Shown here: in pieces, positions 35,899 through 49,242 of the stretch | How positions within the stretch are numbered: the first letter of the stretch is position 1 | Layout: each line of letters opens with the position of its first letter | Assembly: GCA_028534125.1 (NCBI GenBank) | Contig: CM052816.1 | Span: 53,942,001 to 54,006,000, forward strand | DNA from: Lama glama | Lineage: Eukaryota | DNA length: 64,000 nt | Direction of reading: 5' to 3' | Notes under the pieces: generated by a model | The model's database searches: none | Told to the model about the DNA's origin: nothing | Seen by the model: only the letters and a program-made list of their open reading frames with translations | Made by a program: the position numbers and the translations under genes

Positions 35899-36050
35899 GG
35901 TGGAAGGTATAGCTCAGTGGTAGAGTGCATGCTTAGCATGCACAAGGTCCTGGGTGCAATCCCCAGTACCGCCATTAAAAATAAATAAATAAATAGGCCT
36001 AATTACCCCTCCCCCCAAAAAAAAGACTGGAAAAAAATACTGAAGAAAAA
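35899..36050 (+). mobile_element. tRNA-derived SINE (camelid Vic-1-like)
   Basis: A box tagctcagtgg, B-box variant ggtgcaatccc, (aaat)n and A tail; TSD agactaacatgacaaa (35883-35898) / agactaatatggcaga (36051-36066). Confidence 0.9.
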
Positions 36051-36929
36051 AGACTAATATGGCAGAGACCTGTACATTAACCATGTGATATTCAATTAAT
36101 CAAATTAATTAAATTCCAGAAACTTGTTTCTCAATATCATACATTGAATACAAATTACTACAGAGTTGATGAATGTTCTCATTCTATATTTGTGTGGTTT
36201 TTTTGTTCTGCAATTGGAATACGTCAAAATGCATCAGTATTATGTCTCTAAGCTTCATATAAAGGAAGGGAAGCAGCTAAAAGTCATAATCCATTAAGGT
36301 AAAAAATTGACCATATTTTTGAAAAGTCCAGTGATAAGTGTTTAGGTTCAAACTCTGCTTTCAATGATAATTCTCTAAGTTTAAAGAACTATGGAAAATG
36401 CAGTTATGAATGTATTACAGTGTAATTAAAAATTACTTTAAATTTTATAATGTATTATCTCCTGAAAATACTCTGATGATAAAATTTAGGATTTAATCAA
36501 CTGGGAAGTGTATGATAGTAAAATTGATTGAATAGCTCAGTCTGAATATGAGAAAGAAACAGAGATCCTAGGGAAATAGATAAATGAGAGCATATGAGTC
36601 TAGGAGGAAAATTAGTCAACTCCATCAGAAAACTTTAAAGTTAGAGGTTAAAGATGTTACTAGGATTCAGAATTAGCAGAGGTGAGGAATGCCATCTGTC
36701 CTGAGGTTTGATAAAGCCCTTCAGAGAAGATGAGCAAAAAGATAAGAAAAGGTTGCTCTGAGCATTGTATGAAAATACTACAGGCATTTTAGGTGGGAAA
36801 TGGCCTCATCACTCCCCCTACCCCAAGGGGATAGTCAGGGTACACCCTCCCCTGCTGAATAGATCCTTCTAAAAGTTGGACAGTTTACAGATCTATCCTA
36901 CTGCTGTGTATGGAGATACAATCATAGCA

Positions 36930-37045
36930 CAGTATATAGAGCTGGCAGAGATCCACAGAATTTTCCAGTTTAACCTCATCTTTTACAGACAGGGAAACTG
37001 AGTCCCAGAGGGAGAAATAAGCTTGCCTGGGGTCACACAGTAAAT
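36930..37045 (-). mobile_element. MIR SINE
   Basis: cctcatcttttacagacagggaaactgagtcccagaggg...cttgcctggggtcacacag. Confidence 0.85.
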
Positions 37046-38259
37046 TATTCCCTCTGTCTATATTTGATTTACTGGGACCTGCTCACCCTGCAGACACCCT
37101 TGCCGAATATCAGAAGTAAAATTATGAAGCTTTTTTGCTGCCACACAGATATTTTATTTAGAAAGTTATTCTGCCATTACACATTGCTACTTCTGTCTTT
37201 AAGCATCTTCTCATGATTAAAGTACCCCTCTAACCCTGAATTCCGTGACAATCAGAACCAAACACCCTTGATTACATACTGCCTGAACTCATTCTCTAGT
37301 TATATCATGAAAGGCTGCCTGCTTTTCCCATCTGCTGACAAGCTGCCTATGCACAGGGACCAGGTTCTTGTCTTTCTTTGACTCTCTCACCCAGGAGGAA
37401 GCAGTAGTAATAAATAAATATGGCATGGATGGTTCTAGGTACCTCAACACATAACTATTCACTGCCCAAGAAGTCTTTGCACCTCTCATTGTTGGAAGTC
37501 AGGGAATGTATCAGAAGACCTTGTAACGTATTTTTTAAGAGGGTTTGATAGCTATCAGAAGCCACTTCTACAAAATTTGGTTTTGAGCTCACAGTAATTC
37601 TATGGATTTGTCTAGAGTATCAGTAAGAAGAAGCATGTTCTTAGAAGAAAATAAAAGTTATGTTCTGATTAATGGATATTCATTCCAAGATACTTTGCAT
37701 TTTGAAGTTAATAAATGTATAGATTTTCTTGGATGAGGTGTTTATTTTCACTTTTTTTTTAATGAAGTTGTACTGGATCAAAAATTTAGGCTTTGCACTG
37801 AGGCTTGGACTGGGGTTAAAGATGTGAAGTTGACCAAGCTGAACTATAGTCCTTTCAGAGCTTCATACCCCAGCAAAACACCCCTCAGCAGTACAGCTGA
37901 CCTCTGGCTTCCCTGGCTGTCCTGTCAAATCAACATCCAAATAATTTGGTAAGTGAAATAATGAAGGTGCCCATCTCTGGCCCAGACTCATGGGCAGAGC
38001 AGCACCTGAGGTATAGGTCATGTAAAACTTTATCAGTATCCTCAAGAACCACATTAGGGATATGTGAGGAAAGGGTGTGTGCATTGTTTCTAGAAGAGGG
38101 ATCTACTCAGAACGTAAGACATCAGGTGGGAAGAACTGGGGACTCTACAAATCTGGCCTCATACCCATTCTAAATATCAGTCTCTTTGGTCATTTAATTG
38201 ATTCTGTCATTTCCATTTTTTCTGTGTGTCACCACCAGTAATTTCTTCATCATGGAGGC

Positions 38260-38480
38260 AGGCAGTGTTGGGTATTAGCCAAGATGAGCCTAGGTTCTGG
38301 AGGTAAATTCACTCTTGGACAACTTGTTTATCCTCTCGGGGCCTCAGTTTCCTTATCTCACAATTAGAAGGGGACTAATACTACTGCCTTGTAGAGTTAT
38401 GAGGATAAAATTAATGTATCAAAGCATTTAGGACAATGCCTGTTACAGTAAGCCCTCAGCTAATATTAGGAGAATAAATG
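38260..38480 (+). mobile_element. MIR SINE
   Basis: cttggacaacttgtttatcctctcggggcctcagtttccttatc...gaggataaaa...aaagcatttaggacaatgcctg. Confidence 0.82.
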
Positions 38481-40879
38481 TCATTATTTTGATATTGGAG
38501 AAGTGTTGTATCAACAGTTGAATATGTTGATTCTGGTCATTGAAGCAAGGCACTCTAAAATATAAAATTTGATTTCCCTTATATTAGTGCTTAGACATAA
38601 TTTTGCAAGCTAAAAAACAGAATGGACCTTGAACATGAACTTAATAAACAAGAAATATAAACACTAGTCACAATGGCGGGAACAGCATAAATCATAGATA
38701 TGATCTTTGCATACTTTTCAAAAATTGGTTATAACAAAATTGCTTCTTTTCATCACACATTTATGTAACTGTGTTGATTTCATATAGCTATACCAACTTT
38801 AATGTCTTTTTAGTACTTGAAAAATACATAGTAATCTTCAACAGGATCTATGACTTCTATGTTTATATCTTTACTCAGCATGGAGAAAAAGCAATTCTTT
38901 TTTTTTTTTTAAGCCAAGCTCTGACAAAGACATTTGGCCCTCAGCAATTGGAGAAGGTTCTGGCTCGTGATAAAACTCAAAAATCTAATGAGTTGATGGA
39001 AACAGAGGTTAAGTCTTCACATTGTGAGGTTCTGTTGACTCTTCCTCAGCCTTGCCCTTTATCCTTTATATTTTAGTTTGTAAGAAGCCCTCAAAAGGCA
39101 GACTATTCATTAGTGGTTCCCTAATAGATGATTCTGTTCAGTTGTTATGTCGTCTGTGCCACCATTGTCTAGCTTATATTATGCAGCGTGACAAGTGCTT
39201 TAGAGAGCAAATGAAAGGCAGGGTTTCAGCACAAGAAAAGCTTACATTGTAAAGAGAGAGAGTTTTGAAATGGCCTTACGAGAGGGCAGAAGCACTGTGC
39301 CAGGTGTAGCTGAACAACAAGGAAGCAAGCCACCCTGACAGCGAGCTCAAGCCCATCTGGGAGGGAGGCAGGGGGGAAGGGAAAGGAGAGCAGGGGGAGC
39401 ACACTCCTCAAAAGTGGCTCTTTGTCAGCTATTTAAAGGATACCATGTTGAATGATGGGTTTAAAGACTATGATGAGTATCAGAGGAGGCAGTGTGGAGG
39501 TGGGACGTTGAACTTCCCCAGAAGGACATCAGGGATGGACCCTGCTTTTTAAATGCCAACAGTTTCCCCGGCCAACAGTTTCAAATAGCAAGTTCACCAC
39601 CACCTAAAAGTCAGAAAACAGCCATACTTTGGACAACTGACTCAAAGGCTGAAAGAAGCTGGATTTCTCTCTGGCCTAGTAGTAAGCATAGGAAAGGCTG
39701 AGAAAGACATGGAGGATAATAAGCATATTAACCAGTGACAGTTGGTGGTGGTTCCTTTTTCTTTCTTTTTTAATGTCCTTTCAAAAACAGTGACCTGAGG
39801 ATGCCAATCATAACAACACAAAAAGACACTTCATGTACAGAAGACTAACTGAAGGTCCTGGTGGGAGACAGAAGAATCATTGCTAGCTGGTTGTTCTATA
39901 AAGTGAGCAGGTGCTTCAGTGAACTGTAATATTTACTCCCAGAAATCAGGCCCTTCGTTTTGATGTCTAACATTTCAAGAAAGGCTTTGTTGCTAAAGAG
40001 GAGGCGGCCACCGTAAGTGGCATGAAGTCTGCCTGTGGCATTCCCTACCCTTGGGATCAAAGATCCCAACGTGTAGATGAATTTCAAAGGGGGTCAGATA
40101 ATTCTGTGGCAAATGGTAACATTTGCTGTCATGCACGTTAAAAGACTGGTAATCAAATCTCATGCCTCAGAGTGAATGAATCGTGCCAGGGGCCAATCTT
40201 TTTTTCCTTCTCCTCCCCCTTTGCTGACAGGAAACATGACGGATTTGGTGGGGGTCGGGGGAGGGAAAGCACTGCCGTTTTGTTCAATGAAGCCACACAA
40301 TCCTCTATGGCTCAGGACCCAGGTGGGAAGCTGGGAGGTACAGAGAGAGGAAAGTCTGATTTCTCAGCCCTGAAATAGCAGCTGCCACCCTGGAAGTTTC
40401 TCTGGACTGATGAGACTTTGAGATGTGCAGAGAAAGATGAGACTTGACAACTAGCCTCTGAGTCCAGGCACATCATAGGCTTCCGCTCAGGGAAACGGCC
40501 CTCTGGGGAATCAGAGCCCCCCAGACCGTGGAGTTTGCTTTTCTGCTGTCCTGAGCACCTGGAGATGCGGGGTGGTGGGGGGTGGCCATCTCCATTTTCT
40601 GTTTTCTTTCTCTCTTCTGCCCCCCATCTTTTCCTTTCTTCCTTCACAGTGGGAAAGAACCTCTGTTTCTCTCTGCTGCAGAAGAATGGCCCTTAGAAGC
40701 TCCACAGGAGACTTGAGTCCCGTGCCAAGAGGTCCCTGAAGTCCCCCCTTTCATTGCCTCAGGCAGGACACAGAACCTGGGGCTAAAGCTGAAGAGTGTG
40801 GTGCCTGGTGGCCTCTCCTCATTCCAGCACCTTCTCTTCTGCCTTCTCTACTTGAGCCTTCCCCTCAGCGTACAGATGT

Positions 40880-42430
40880 GCTCGAACATTTCTCAGCAGA
40901 AAATGAAACCCTTAGGCTATTTCTCCAGCCCCACGTGCTCCCCAGGCTATTCTCTGTCTGGTCTCCTTCAGAGCCAGGCGTTTCGGAGATGCTCACAGAG
41001 CGCTGTTTCTCTTCCTCACGCCTGTTCTCAGCTGTGGCCCCTTCCTGCCTCATCCTCCACCCTCCATGCTTGTCAGCGTCACTAACACCATCCATGTGGT
41101 CGCAGTTGGTGACATCTTTCAGGTTTCACGCCCCCCTTTACCTCTTAGGGTGCAACAGGCTGCTCCCTCCTTGTCACACCCTCAACTTTTGTTTGTTTCT
41201 GTGACACTTCATTCTTCTGGTTTTCTCCCCAGTTCCTTCACTAGTCCTCACAGCATTTTCTACGTTCTCCCCCTAGTCGAGCTCACCAGCCCACTACTTC
41301 AATACCACCTGTGTGCTAAGGACTCCCAAATACGAATTTAAGTTCCAAATTCTTACAGCCAATGACTTCTTGGATGTCTTAGAAGCCTCTGAAATGCAAA
41401 ATGGCCAGACCTGAACTTTTCTTATCCCATTGCCCATCTTCTGACTGTCCAAATCTTAGACAATCATTCCAGGCACTCCAAAACATGAGAGTCATCTTTC
41501 TCTCCCTCACTGTGCATATCAAATTCATCACCACGTATCATGAATTCTGTTCCTAAATTAGTTCACAGTTTCATTCATGTCCTTCCATTTCATTGCCACC
41601 ACCAAGTCCAAGCCACCCTTATCCTTCACCTGGACCACTGCAACACCTCCCGGCTGGTCTCCTCACTTCTACATTTGCCGCTTTAGATTGAATCTGCTCT
41701 TAAACAGAACTCATTCTTCTATTTAACAGTAGAGACACCTGTTAAAATAAGTTCCATCATAGGATTTCTCTGCATAAAATTTTTCAATTGCAGCTTGACA
41801 TGGCCTGCAAGAATTCGGTCCTAGCTCATCCCCCATCTTCTGTTATGCCTCTCTTTAGTTCCCTGTGCAGTGTCCCCCTAAACCCGTTTCAACTAAGCCC
41901 TTCTCAGCCCCAGGCTTTCACAGTACTGATCCCTCTACCTAGAATGCTCTTTCTCCCACTTTTTGCCTGACTGATTTTTGCCAGTTTTTCTCAGATTTTC
42001 ATGTACAGTTGACCCTTGAACACCATGGGTTTGAACTGCATGGATCCACTTATACTCAGTTACTTTTCAGTAGTAAATACTTCGGTACTATACAGTCTAC
42101 AGTTGAATCCGCAGATGCTAGAGAACCATCTATACAGAGGACCAGCTATAAGTTATATATGCATTAACCGCCACGTTGTTCGAGGGTCAGCTGTTACTAT
42201 CACTTCCTCATTGAAGCTTTTCTCAACCTCCTAAACTAAATTAGAGCCCCAGTTAAGCTCTCTCTTAGTTCCTCATTCTTTTCCTTCATTTCATTTATCA
42301 CAATTTATAATGATATTTTGTTTATTTACTTGATGACAGTCTTATATTCCCATAAACTCCATGAGGTCAGGGATTATGCCGGTTCATCATTATAACTTGG
42401 ACCATGGGTCCATGCCTGTCACCTAGTAGT
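40880..42430 (+). mobile_element. Long L2 fragment interrupted by a Tigger MITE
   Basis: accacctgtgtgctaaggactcccaaat...cttcttggatgtc...cacctggaccactgcaacacctcc...ctctacctagaatgctctt; continues after 42193. Confidence 0.8.
42006..42193. mobile_element. Tigger2-family MITE (Tc1/mariner)
   Basis: TIRs cagttgacccttgaaca / tgttcgagggtcagctg; TA immediately left of the element. Confidence 0.9.
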
Positions 42431-42964
42431 TTCCCAGTCTGCTTCTGTTAGGAGTGCATCTAATCGGGTCATCACTAACTACTGAGCACCATGCAAAAAG
42501 GGAGAGGAAGTTGTCTCTAGCAACAGGAGCACTTAATCATCTCAACCTTTTAGGCAGAATTATTATTTTGCTTCTATACCCTAAAATGAATTATTATGTC
42601 CTTTTTAATTATCAATCTGTTGACAAAGTCGCTGAAAACCAGATTCTTCCCATGATTATTAAATGTGCTACTGTGTCCTAGTGAGCCAGTGGATTTGTAA
42701 GAACTTGAAGATTGGCTAGTGGATAAGCACTCACTGAGTGTCCCCACCACTGAGACAGATGTCATGAGAATACAAGACATTCAAGGTGTGACCAGCCCGG
42801 CTGGAAAGAAAAAAAAAACAAAGCCCCATAAAACAACACACACAAGACAACACGTCAGCCCTGAATCACACAATACACACATTCTGGATGGGTATCTTCC
42901 GGGCACAGTCATTGCCTCCCTGTGTGGGCTGGTCAGGTGGCATGCAAGAGAAAGCCAGGCACAA

Positions 42965-43060
42965 GTCAGGACTCCAGTCCTGTGTTTGTAAGACACTGGG
43001 CAGGTCACTCTCTGGGCCTCAGCTTTCTCATCTGTAAAATGAGGATAACAATACCTCCCC
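42965..43060 (+). mobile_element. MIR SINE
   Basis: ctgggcaggtcactctctgggcctcagctttctcatctgtaaaatgaggataacaatacct. Confidence 0.85.
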
Positions 43061-43119
43061 TTTCTGCATCCCAGAAAAGGGAGAGAAATCACCTTTTATT
43101 AAGCATCTTCTCCACATGA

Positions 43120-43310
43120 GGTCCTGCATTAGACATGTTACCCTATAGAGCTCATTACGTTATTTCAACAATCCTGAGAAGCTGACATTGCTCTTACTTC
43201 ACAAATGAGAGGGGGCTCCAAGAGGTGAAGTAACGTGTCCAAGGTCACAGCTACTAAGAAACAGTCACAATCAGAATTCTAGCTTGACAGCAGAAGTTTA
43301 TGCTCTCACC
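43120..43310 (-). mobile_element. MIR SINE
   Basis: ttcacaaatgagaggggg...agaggtgaagtaacgtgtccaaggtcacagctactaag. Confidence 0.8.
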
Positions 43311-44164
43311 TGTTGCAGGTAAATGTGAGGCTTGATAACTGGAAAGTACTATATAAATGTAGGTATCATTACTGTTTCATAAAAATGCAAGTCAACCACA
43401 CGTGAACAACTGAGTTGTTTCCATTTACTCACAAATACTGTTGACCCTTTGTATTTTGTGCACTGGGCCAGAGACTCTGGGTGTCATTGAGGAATGTCTT
43501 AGAGAAAAAGGAAAACCAGAAATGATCTTTTTACCCTTTCTCAAAGACTTTCATTATTGGCTTCCTTTGACTAAGATGTTTTTTCGTAACCCATAACAGT
43601 GATCCTGTATTTTTAAAATGTAGTTTACACACCATCTTTTTTTAAGGAACACAGCTCTGATACAAAATGGGAAACACCTGTATGTGGCACACATTTATGA
43701 CTAAACAGTGAGTTGCTGTCACAAGCAATTAAAACTAAAATGCTTTTGTCAAAGTGAGTTAACAAAGTATATTTTGTGACATGGAATCCTTGACACTTTC
43801 ATCACGCTTGTGTGGACCCTCTCAACTCTCAGAGCTGGCAGGCTCTGTTGCTTCCCTGTTGTGTGCACAGATGAGTCCATTTCCACAGCGAACGCCCTGC
43901 GGAATCTTCCTGGAGCCACCCGCTCTGGTTGGAGATGACCCTGCTGACCTGTTGTGAAGCGCAAGAGCTCTGAGACCTAGCAGAGGTAATGAGTTTGTTC
44001 TGGTACGGAGTCAGAGAGGGGACCGTCTGTCCCACACCCTCACTCACAGAGGAGGAGGTAGAACTGGCAGGATCAGGAGGTGCAGACAAGGTCACGGAGC
44101 TTATCAAGTGGCAGCAACAGTACTAGGCTGGAGGCCCAGGGCTGTGGTAGACACGACGGGAGCT

Positions 44165-44490
44165 CATGGAGATGTCTGGTTCTCTTCTTCCAGGCACGTG
44201 GGAGGGAGAATTGGCCTGAAATTAGGAATGGCCATGGAACTTGCTCTTGCCAATGAAATGTGAATAGATTTATGTCACTTCTGGGCAATGGCATTTAAGA
44301 GCCATGTCGTGACTGTCCGTGCTCCCTTCCCTTGCTGCAGTGAATCCTGAAACTCTGTATTGACTTAATAAGATGACTGAGCCTCTGTCAGCCTGAGACC
44401 TGGGTGACGATGGGGTGCAGAGCCTCCCAGCCCATCTGCTTCAGGGTATGAGTGAGACTTTTTGTTTCATAGCATAACTATCCTAATACA
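44165..44490 (+). mobile_element. MaLR LTR (MLT1I/J-like)
   Basis: ggccatggaacttgctcttgccaatgaaatgtgaatag...tgtcacttctgggc...catagcataactatcctaataca. Confidence 0.8.
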
Positions 44491-44624
44491 GACACGCACC
44501 ATGGTAGGACAGACCCAGGTGCAAGAGAGTGTTTGTGACCGTGGCAAAGAGTGGAGCTGCATCTCTCACCTACAAATAAACCAGGACTTCTGTTCTGTTC
44601 CCTGAGGGCAGTGGCAGAATGGAC

Positions 44625-44785
44625 TTGGGGTCAGAGAGATCCAGGTTCTCATCACAGCTCTCTCGGGGCTGGCGGTACAACCCGGATCACATCACTGAAT
44701 CCTCCTGAGCTTCAGTTCTCTTATCTGTAAAGTAGGGATGACAATTTCAGCCGGGTAGGATTAAGGTGAGCATCGTTTGTCCGAG
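44625..44785 (+). mobile_element. MIR SINE
   Basis: ggacttggggtcagagagatccaggttc...tgagcttcagttctcttatctgtaaagtagggatg...ggattaagg. Confidence 0.75.
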
Positions 44786-44870
44786 GTAGATCATAGGACA
44801 GCTCAAAAACATGTTAGAAAAAAATATCTGTTGATTGATTCCATATGTAGAGTCCTGTCCACTGATGAAA

Positions 44871-44893
44871 ACACACACACACACACACACACA
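44871..44893. repeat. (CA)n microsatellite
   Basis: Perfect AC run seen directly. Confidence 0.9.
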
Positions 44894-47791
44894 AAGAAAA
44901 AACTCTACAACTCCTGTCCAGCCTTTTCTCAACCATTTGGACTTCTTTGAAGAACTTATGTTGTACAGAATCTCGTGGGGCCTGAGTACCTGTACATTTA
45001 GGGTTTTTTAAAACCCAGGATCTCGTAATAGATGCAAGAAGGTTTTACAGTAGATTTTCCCTACTCAATTCCCATGGGACACACACAACTGCTATAATAA
45101 GAATAAGATGATAAAATTGGAAGGAAATGAGGGGGCAATGACTAAGCAGAACTAATGCATTGGTTTTTTTCCCCCTGGATAGAACTGAAGTAACTGGAAG
45201 GTTGTTTGTGAACCAGACTTTTAAAGTGTGCTTCATTTAAAGTCTCAGATGCAAAGTTTGAGTGTGGACTTCTTCTTTTCAGACCATGGTTATTAATGAG
45301 CTGAACTAATAAAACTGAATTCTCTAACAAGAATTCCCTGATCCAGAGAGAGGTCTGTGTCCAGCTTTTTGTTTATGGTGACCCCCTGAAATATTACAGC
45401 AAATATTACACCAGTATTACAGGAAATATTCCCATTGTGTTTAGGATGTGTTTAGGAACCTCATTAAGAAGGCAGGAGGAATTTTTCCTATGGTGTCTGA
45501 GTATTAATTCATGCCAAGCTTTGGAATGGGTTTTTCTTTCTTTTAATTAAGTTCTTACCTATATAGATTCATTTCTTACTGACTATATAGTTATATAATT
45601 AAAGCTAATACATATTAATTAATTTAATGGCTTTGAAGTAGAATTTTAAGGTCAAAAGAAATTTGAGCACCTGGAATCTAGCTGGTGGAATATGAAATCT
45701 CATTATGCTCTTTTTAAAAAAAAGTAAGGTTTGTGGGAGATCAGGACTCTAGAATGGTATTTATAGCTTCAATTTCAATTTTAAGCAGAGGAAAATGCCA
45801 CAAATTCTAACTGTAACCTAATTCTATAGTTATGAAAAAAATTGTTTAATTGTGGAAAAAAATCAGTGTTTTTTAAGGAAAACAGCTCCCCAAATCACTG
45901 TCTGACTCTCTTCCTCGTCCTTACATTCTCAACCACTGTCTTCCTCTGTGTCTGTACACTAAATAGCAGAGAACATTAGGGAAGTTTTCAAGAAAAACAT
46001 CATTTCAAGAACCTCAGGATTCAAGATGGAAGTTCCTGCATTGTTGGTTTGGGCATCTCGTTCCTAAGACACTTTGTTTCCTGCTTACGTTAAGATTTGA
46101 CAGAATTACATGGCCAGGATTTCATGAATACCTTGAGAAATAAGACTGAAGTCTTTTTCTGATGGATTCTTGAAGCCTTCACTCTAGGCCTCCAAGATCA
46201 GACACTTCATGAGTTACACAAGAGAGAAAATTTTTCATTCACACGAGGAACATTTCAATGATCTCCTGATTTGGAAAGCCAGTAGCTTTTACATATGTTA
46301 GAATACTTCAAGGTGGAGGAGGCAGAAATCTGACTATCAGAAATCTTGAGCCTTTTTAACCCATTTTGGACCCATTTCTTGGTAGCAGCTTCCTGGTATA
46401 TTCCCAGCACATCACCCAGCAACACCACTGGACAGAACTTCTTTGCTGCTCTGTGCTGCCAGAGAGAAGAGCACACACCAACACAGAGGTCCCAATCAGG
46501 CAAGAAGTGGGAGTGCTGAGAGACTAGAGCCAAGGGGCTTGCGGATGCAGCTGAAGGTAGCGTGCTGGCCCCGCTCCCAGGCAGAGCATAAAACATGGAT
46601 CAGAGGCGTGATTGCTTCTGAGAGTAGCTCCAGGGGAAGAGGCCATGAGACACTGGGCAAATCTGTGCTGTGTGTCTTTCACAACATCAGGATGGGTATT
46701 AAAATGTAATTCTTGTAAACAAGGGACAGTTTTGATGCATTCACAGGAGGATCTGATCCAAACACCCAAGCTAACCCATTATCCTGTACAATACAGACTG
46801 CAAATTTTAATCAACTAAAGCTAAACTACTTTATTTGCCATCATAGAAACAAACCTAGGGCTGGCCAAAATGTGATTTCCCCTGCGCCCCTCTAAAATAT
46901 CAAAACAACCAAGTTGATTATCTTATTTGAATGGCTTAGAAATACTTTCACTTTCAGATACTGTCCACTAAGTCCTTTTACAGAGCAGATTAAGTTGGAC
47001 TTGGTTGATCAAACAAAATTGCTGATCTACCTTTAGCACTCAATTAGCCAAGGGTTATAGCTCCAAGAATACACAGACATATGGATCAGACATGGGGACT
47101 TAAACCTGAATGGGAATCCGGAAAGGATTTAAAGCCAACTATATTTTTCCCCTGAATGTCTGAGGAAGGGCGTGTTGCCCAAAGGAGACATTCCCTAGAA
47201 GCATTAGGTATTTGGCCCTCGCCTTTTTGTGGGGTTCTAATTCAATTCTCTGGAGGCAGAGAAAAAAGATACGAGGACTGCTACTAAGGAAAACACCCAG
47301 AATCATGGCTGGGAGGCCAGCTCTCAGAGCATGTGGCTTGGTTTCCTGACATAGATCCTCCTCAATTAAGTTGAACTTGGTTCATCAAGCAAATTGCGGA
47401 TCATCCTCCTTCCCCCATGACAAAACAGCAGTCCTCACCCGTAGCATTTGTGTAAGACTTGAATTCTTTCCCAAAGGGCTTTCTGGTAATTGTCTCTCTT
47501 GGTTCCTACAACAACCCCTGCTATGCAGGTAACAGTAGTCCAGGCCAAAGCATATGATTTACACACAGAAGGAAAGTGTGTCCTGGATGGAGGTCACAGA
47601 CAACGTCCCACTGGTCTCTCAGACTTCAGAGCTGGTGCTTCCTTCTAAGTCTACCTGACCCTCTGAAGCCTTCATCAAACAATGTCCTCATTAAACAATT
47701 CTAACCCAGAGGGTACTGAGATGAAAACTTTTCTCTGTATTTTAGCATTTTTGCTTTATTAACAAATACTATTGCCAACTTTTCACCATGA

Positions 47792-48320
47792 TTTTTTTCT
47801 TTTTTTTAAAAGTCGAAGTACAGTCAGTTACAATGTGTCAGTTTCTGGTGTACAGCACAATGTCCCAGTCATGCATATGCCTACATATATTCGTTTTCAT
47901 ATTCTTTTTCATTAAAGGTTATTAGAAGGTATTGAACATAGTTCCCTGTGCTATACAACAGGAACTTTTAAAAAATCTATTTTTATATATAGTGGCTAAC
48001 ATTTACAAATCTTGAACTCCCAAATTTATCCCTTCCCACCTCTTGCCCCAGGTAACTGTTAAGATTGTTTACTATGTCTATGAGTCTGTTTCTGTTTTGT
48101 AGATGAGTTCATTAGTACGCTTTTTTTCTTTTTTTTTAGATTCCATATATGAGTAATATCATATGGTATTTTTCTTTCTCTTTCTATCTTACTTCACTTG
48201 GAATGATGATCTCTAGATCCATCCATGTTGCTGCAAATGGCATTATATTTTCTTTTTTATGGCCTAGTAGTATTCCATTGTATAGCCAGTCATGTGTCAG
48301 TGGACATTCATGTCTTGGCT
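47792..48320 (-). mobile_element. Young L1 3' end
   Basis: Poly-T then gaagtacagtcagttacaatgtgtc...cttgaactcccaaatttatcccttccc; reverse complement of the 11816 and 32700 copies. Confidence 0.92.
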
Positions 48321-48331
48321 TTTTTTTTTTT

Positions 48332-48831
48332 NNNNNNNNNNNNNNNNNNNNNNNNNNNNNNNNNNNNNNNNNNNNNNNNNNNNNNNNNNNNNNNNNNNNN
48401 NNNNNNNNNNNNNNNNNNNNNNNNNNNNNNNNNNNNNNNNNNNNNNNNNNNNNNNNNNNNNNNNNNNNNNNNNNNNNNNNNNNNNNNNNNNNNNNNNNNN
48501 NNNNNNNNNNNNNNNNNNNNNNNNNNNNNNNNNNNNNNNNNNNNNNNNNNNNNNNNNNNNNNNNNNNNNNNNNNNNNNNNNNNNNNNNNNNNNNNNNNNN
48601 NNNNNNNNNNNNNNNNNNNNNNNNNNNNNNNNNNNNNNNNNNNNNNNNNNNNNNNNNNNNNNNNNNNNNNNNNNNNNNNNNNNNNNNNNNNNNNNNNNNN
48701 NNNNNNNNNNNNNNNNNNNNNNNNNNNNNNNNNNNNNNNNNNNNNNNNNNNNNNNNNNNNNNNNNNNNNNNNNNNNNNNNNNNNNNNNNNNNNNNNNNNN
48801 NNNNNNNNNNNNNNNNNNNNNNNNNNNNNNN
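48332..48831. other. Assembly gap, 500 N
   Basis: Run of N seen directly. Confidence 1.
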
Positions 48832-49242
48832 ATATGGATGCTCCTGGAGAATGTCATTCTAACTGAAGTAAGCCAGAAAGAGAAAAAGAAAATACCATAT
48901 GAGATCGCTCACATATGGAATCTAAAAAACAAACAAACAAAAACAAAGCATAAATACAGGACAGAAACAGACTCATAGACATAGAATACAGACTTGTGGT
49001 TGCCAGGGGGGCGGAGGGTGGGAAGGGATAGACTGGGATTTCAAACTTGTAGAATAGATAAACAAGATTATACTGTATAGCACAGGGAAATATACACAAG
49101 ATCTTATGGTAGCTCACAGAGAAAAACATGTGACAATGAGTGTGTATATGTCCATGTATGACTGAAAAATTGTGCTGAACACTGGAATTTGACACAACAT
49201 TGTAAAATGATTATAAATCAATAAAAAATGTTAAAAAAAAAA
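48832..49242 (+). mobile_element. Young L1 3' end
   Basis: gaagtaagccagaaagagaaa...gggaagggatagactggga...gacacaacattgtaaaatgattataaatcaataaaaaatgttaaaaaaaaaa. Confidence 0.92.

Noticed and set aside
43871..43985. Exon-like CpG-containing segment
   Set aside because: All frames close before the donor, and nothing links it to other exons.
45388..45433. Four degenerate AAATATTACA units
   Set aside because: Short slippage-type tandem repeat with no further structure.
48149..48978. Longest ORFs in the track (186-237 aa)
   Set aside because: Artefacts of translating through the 500-N gap; the flanks are L1 sequence.
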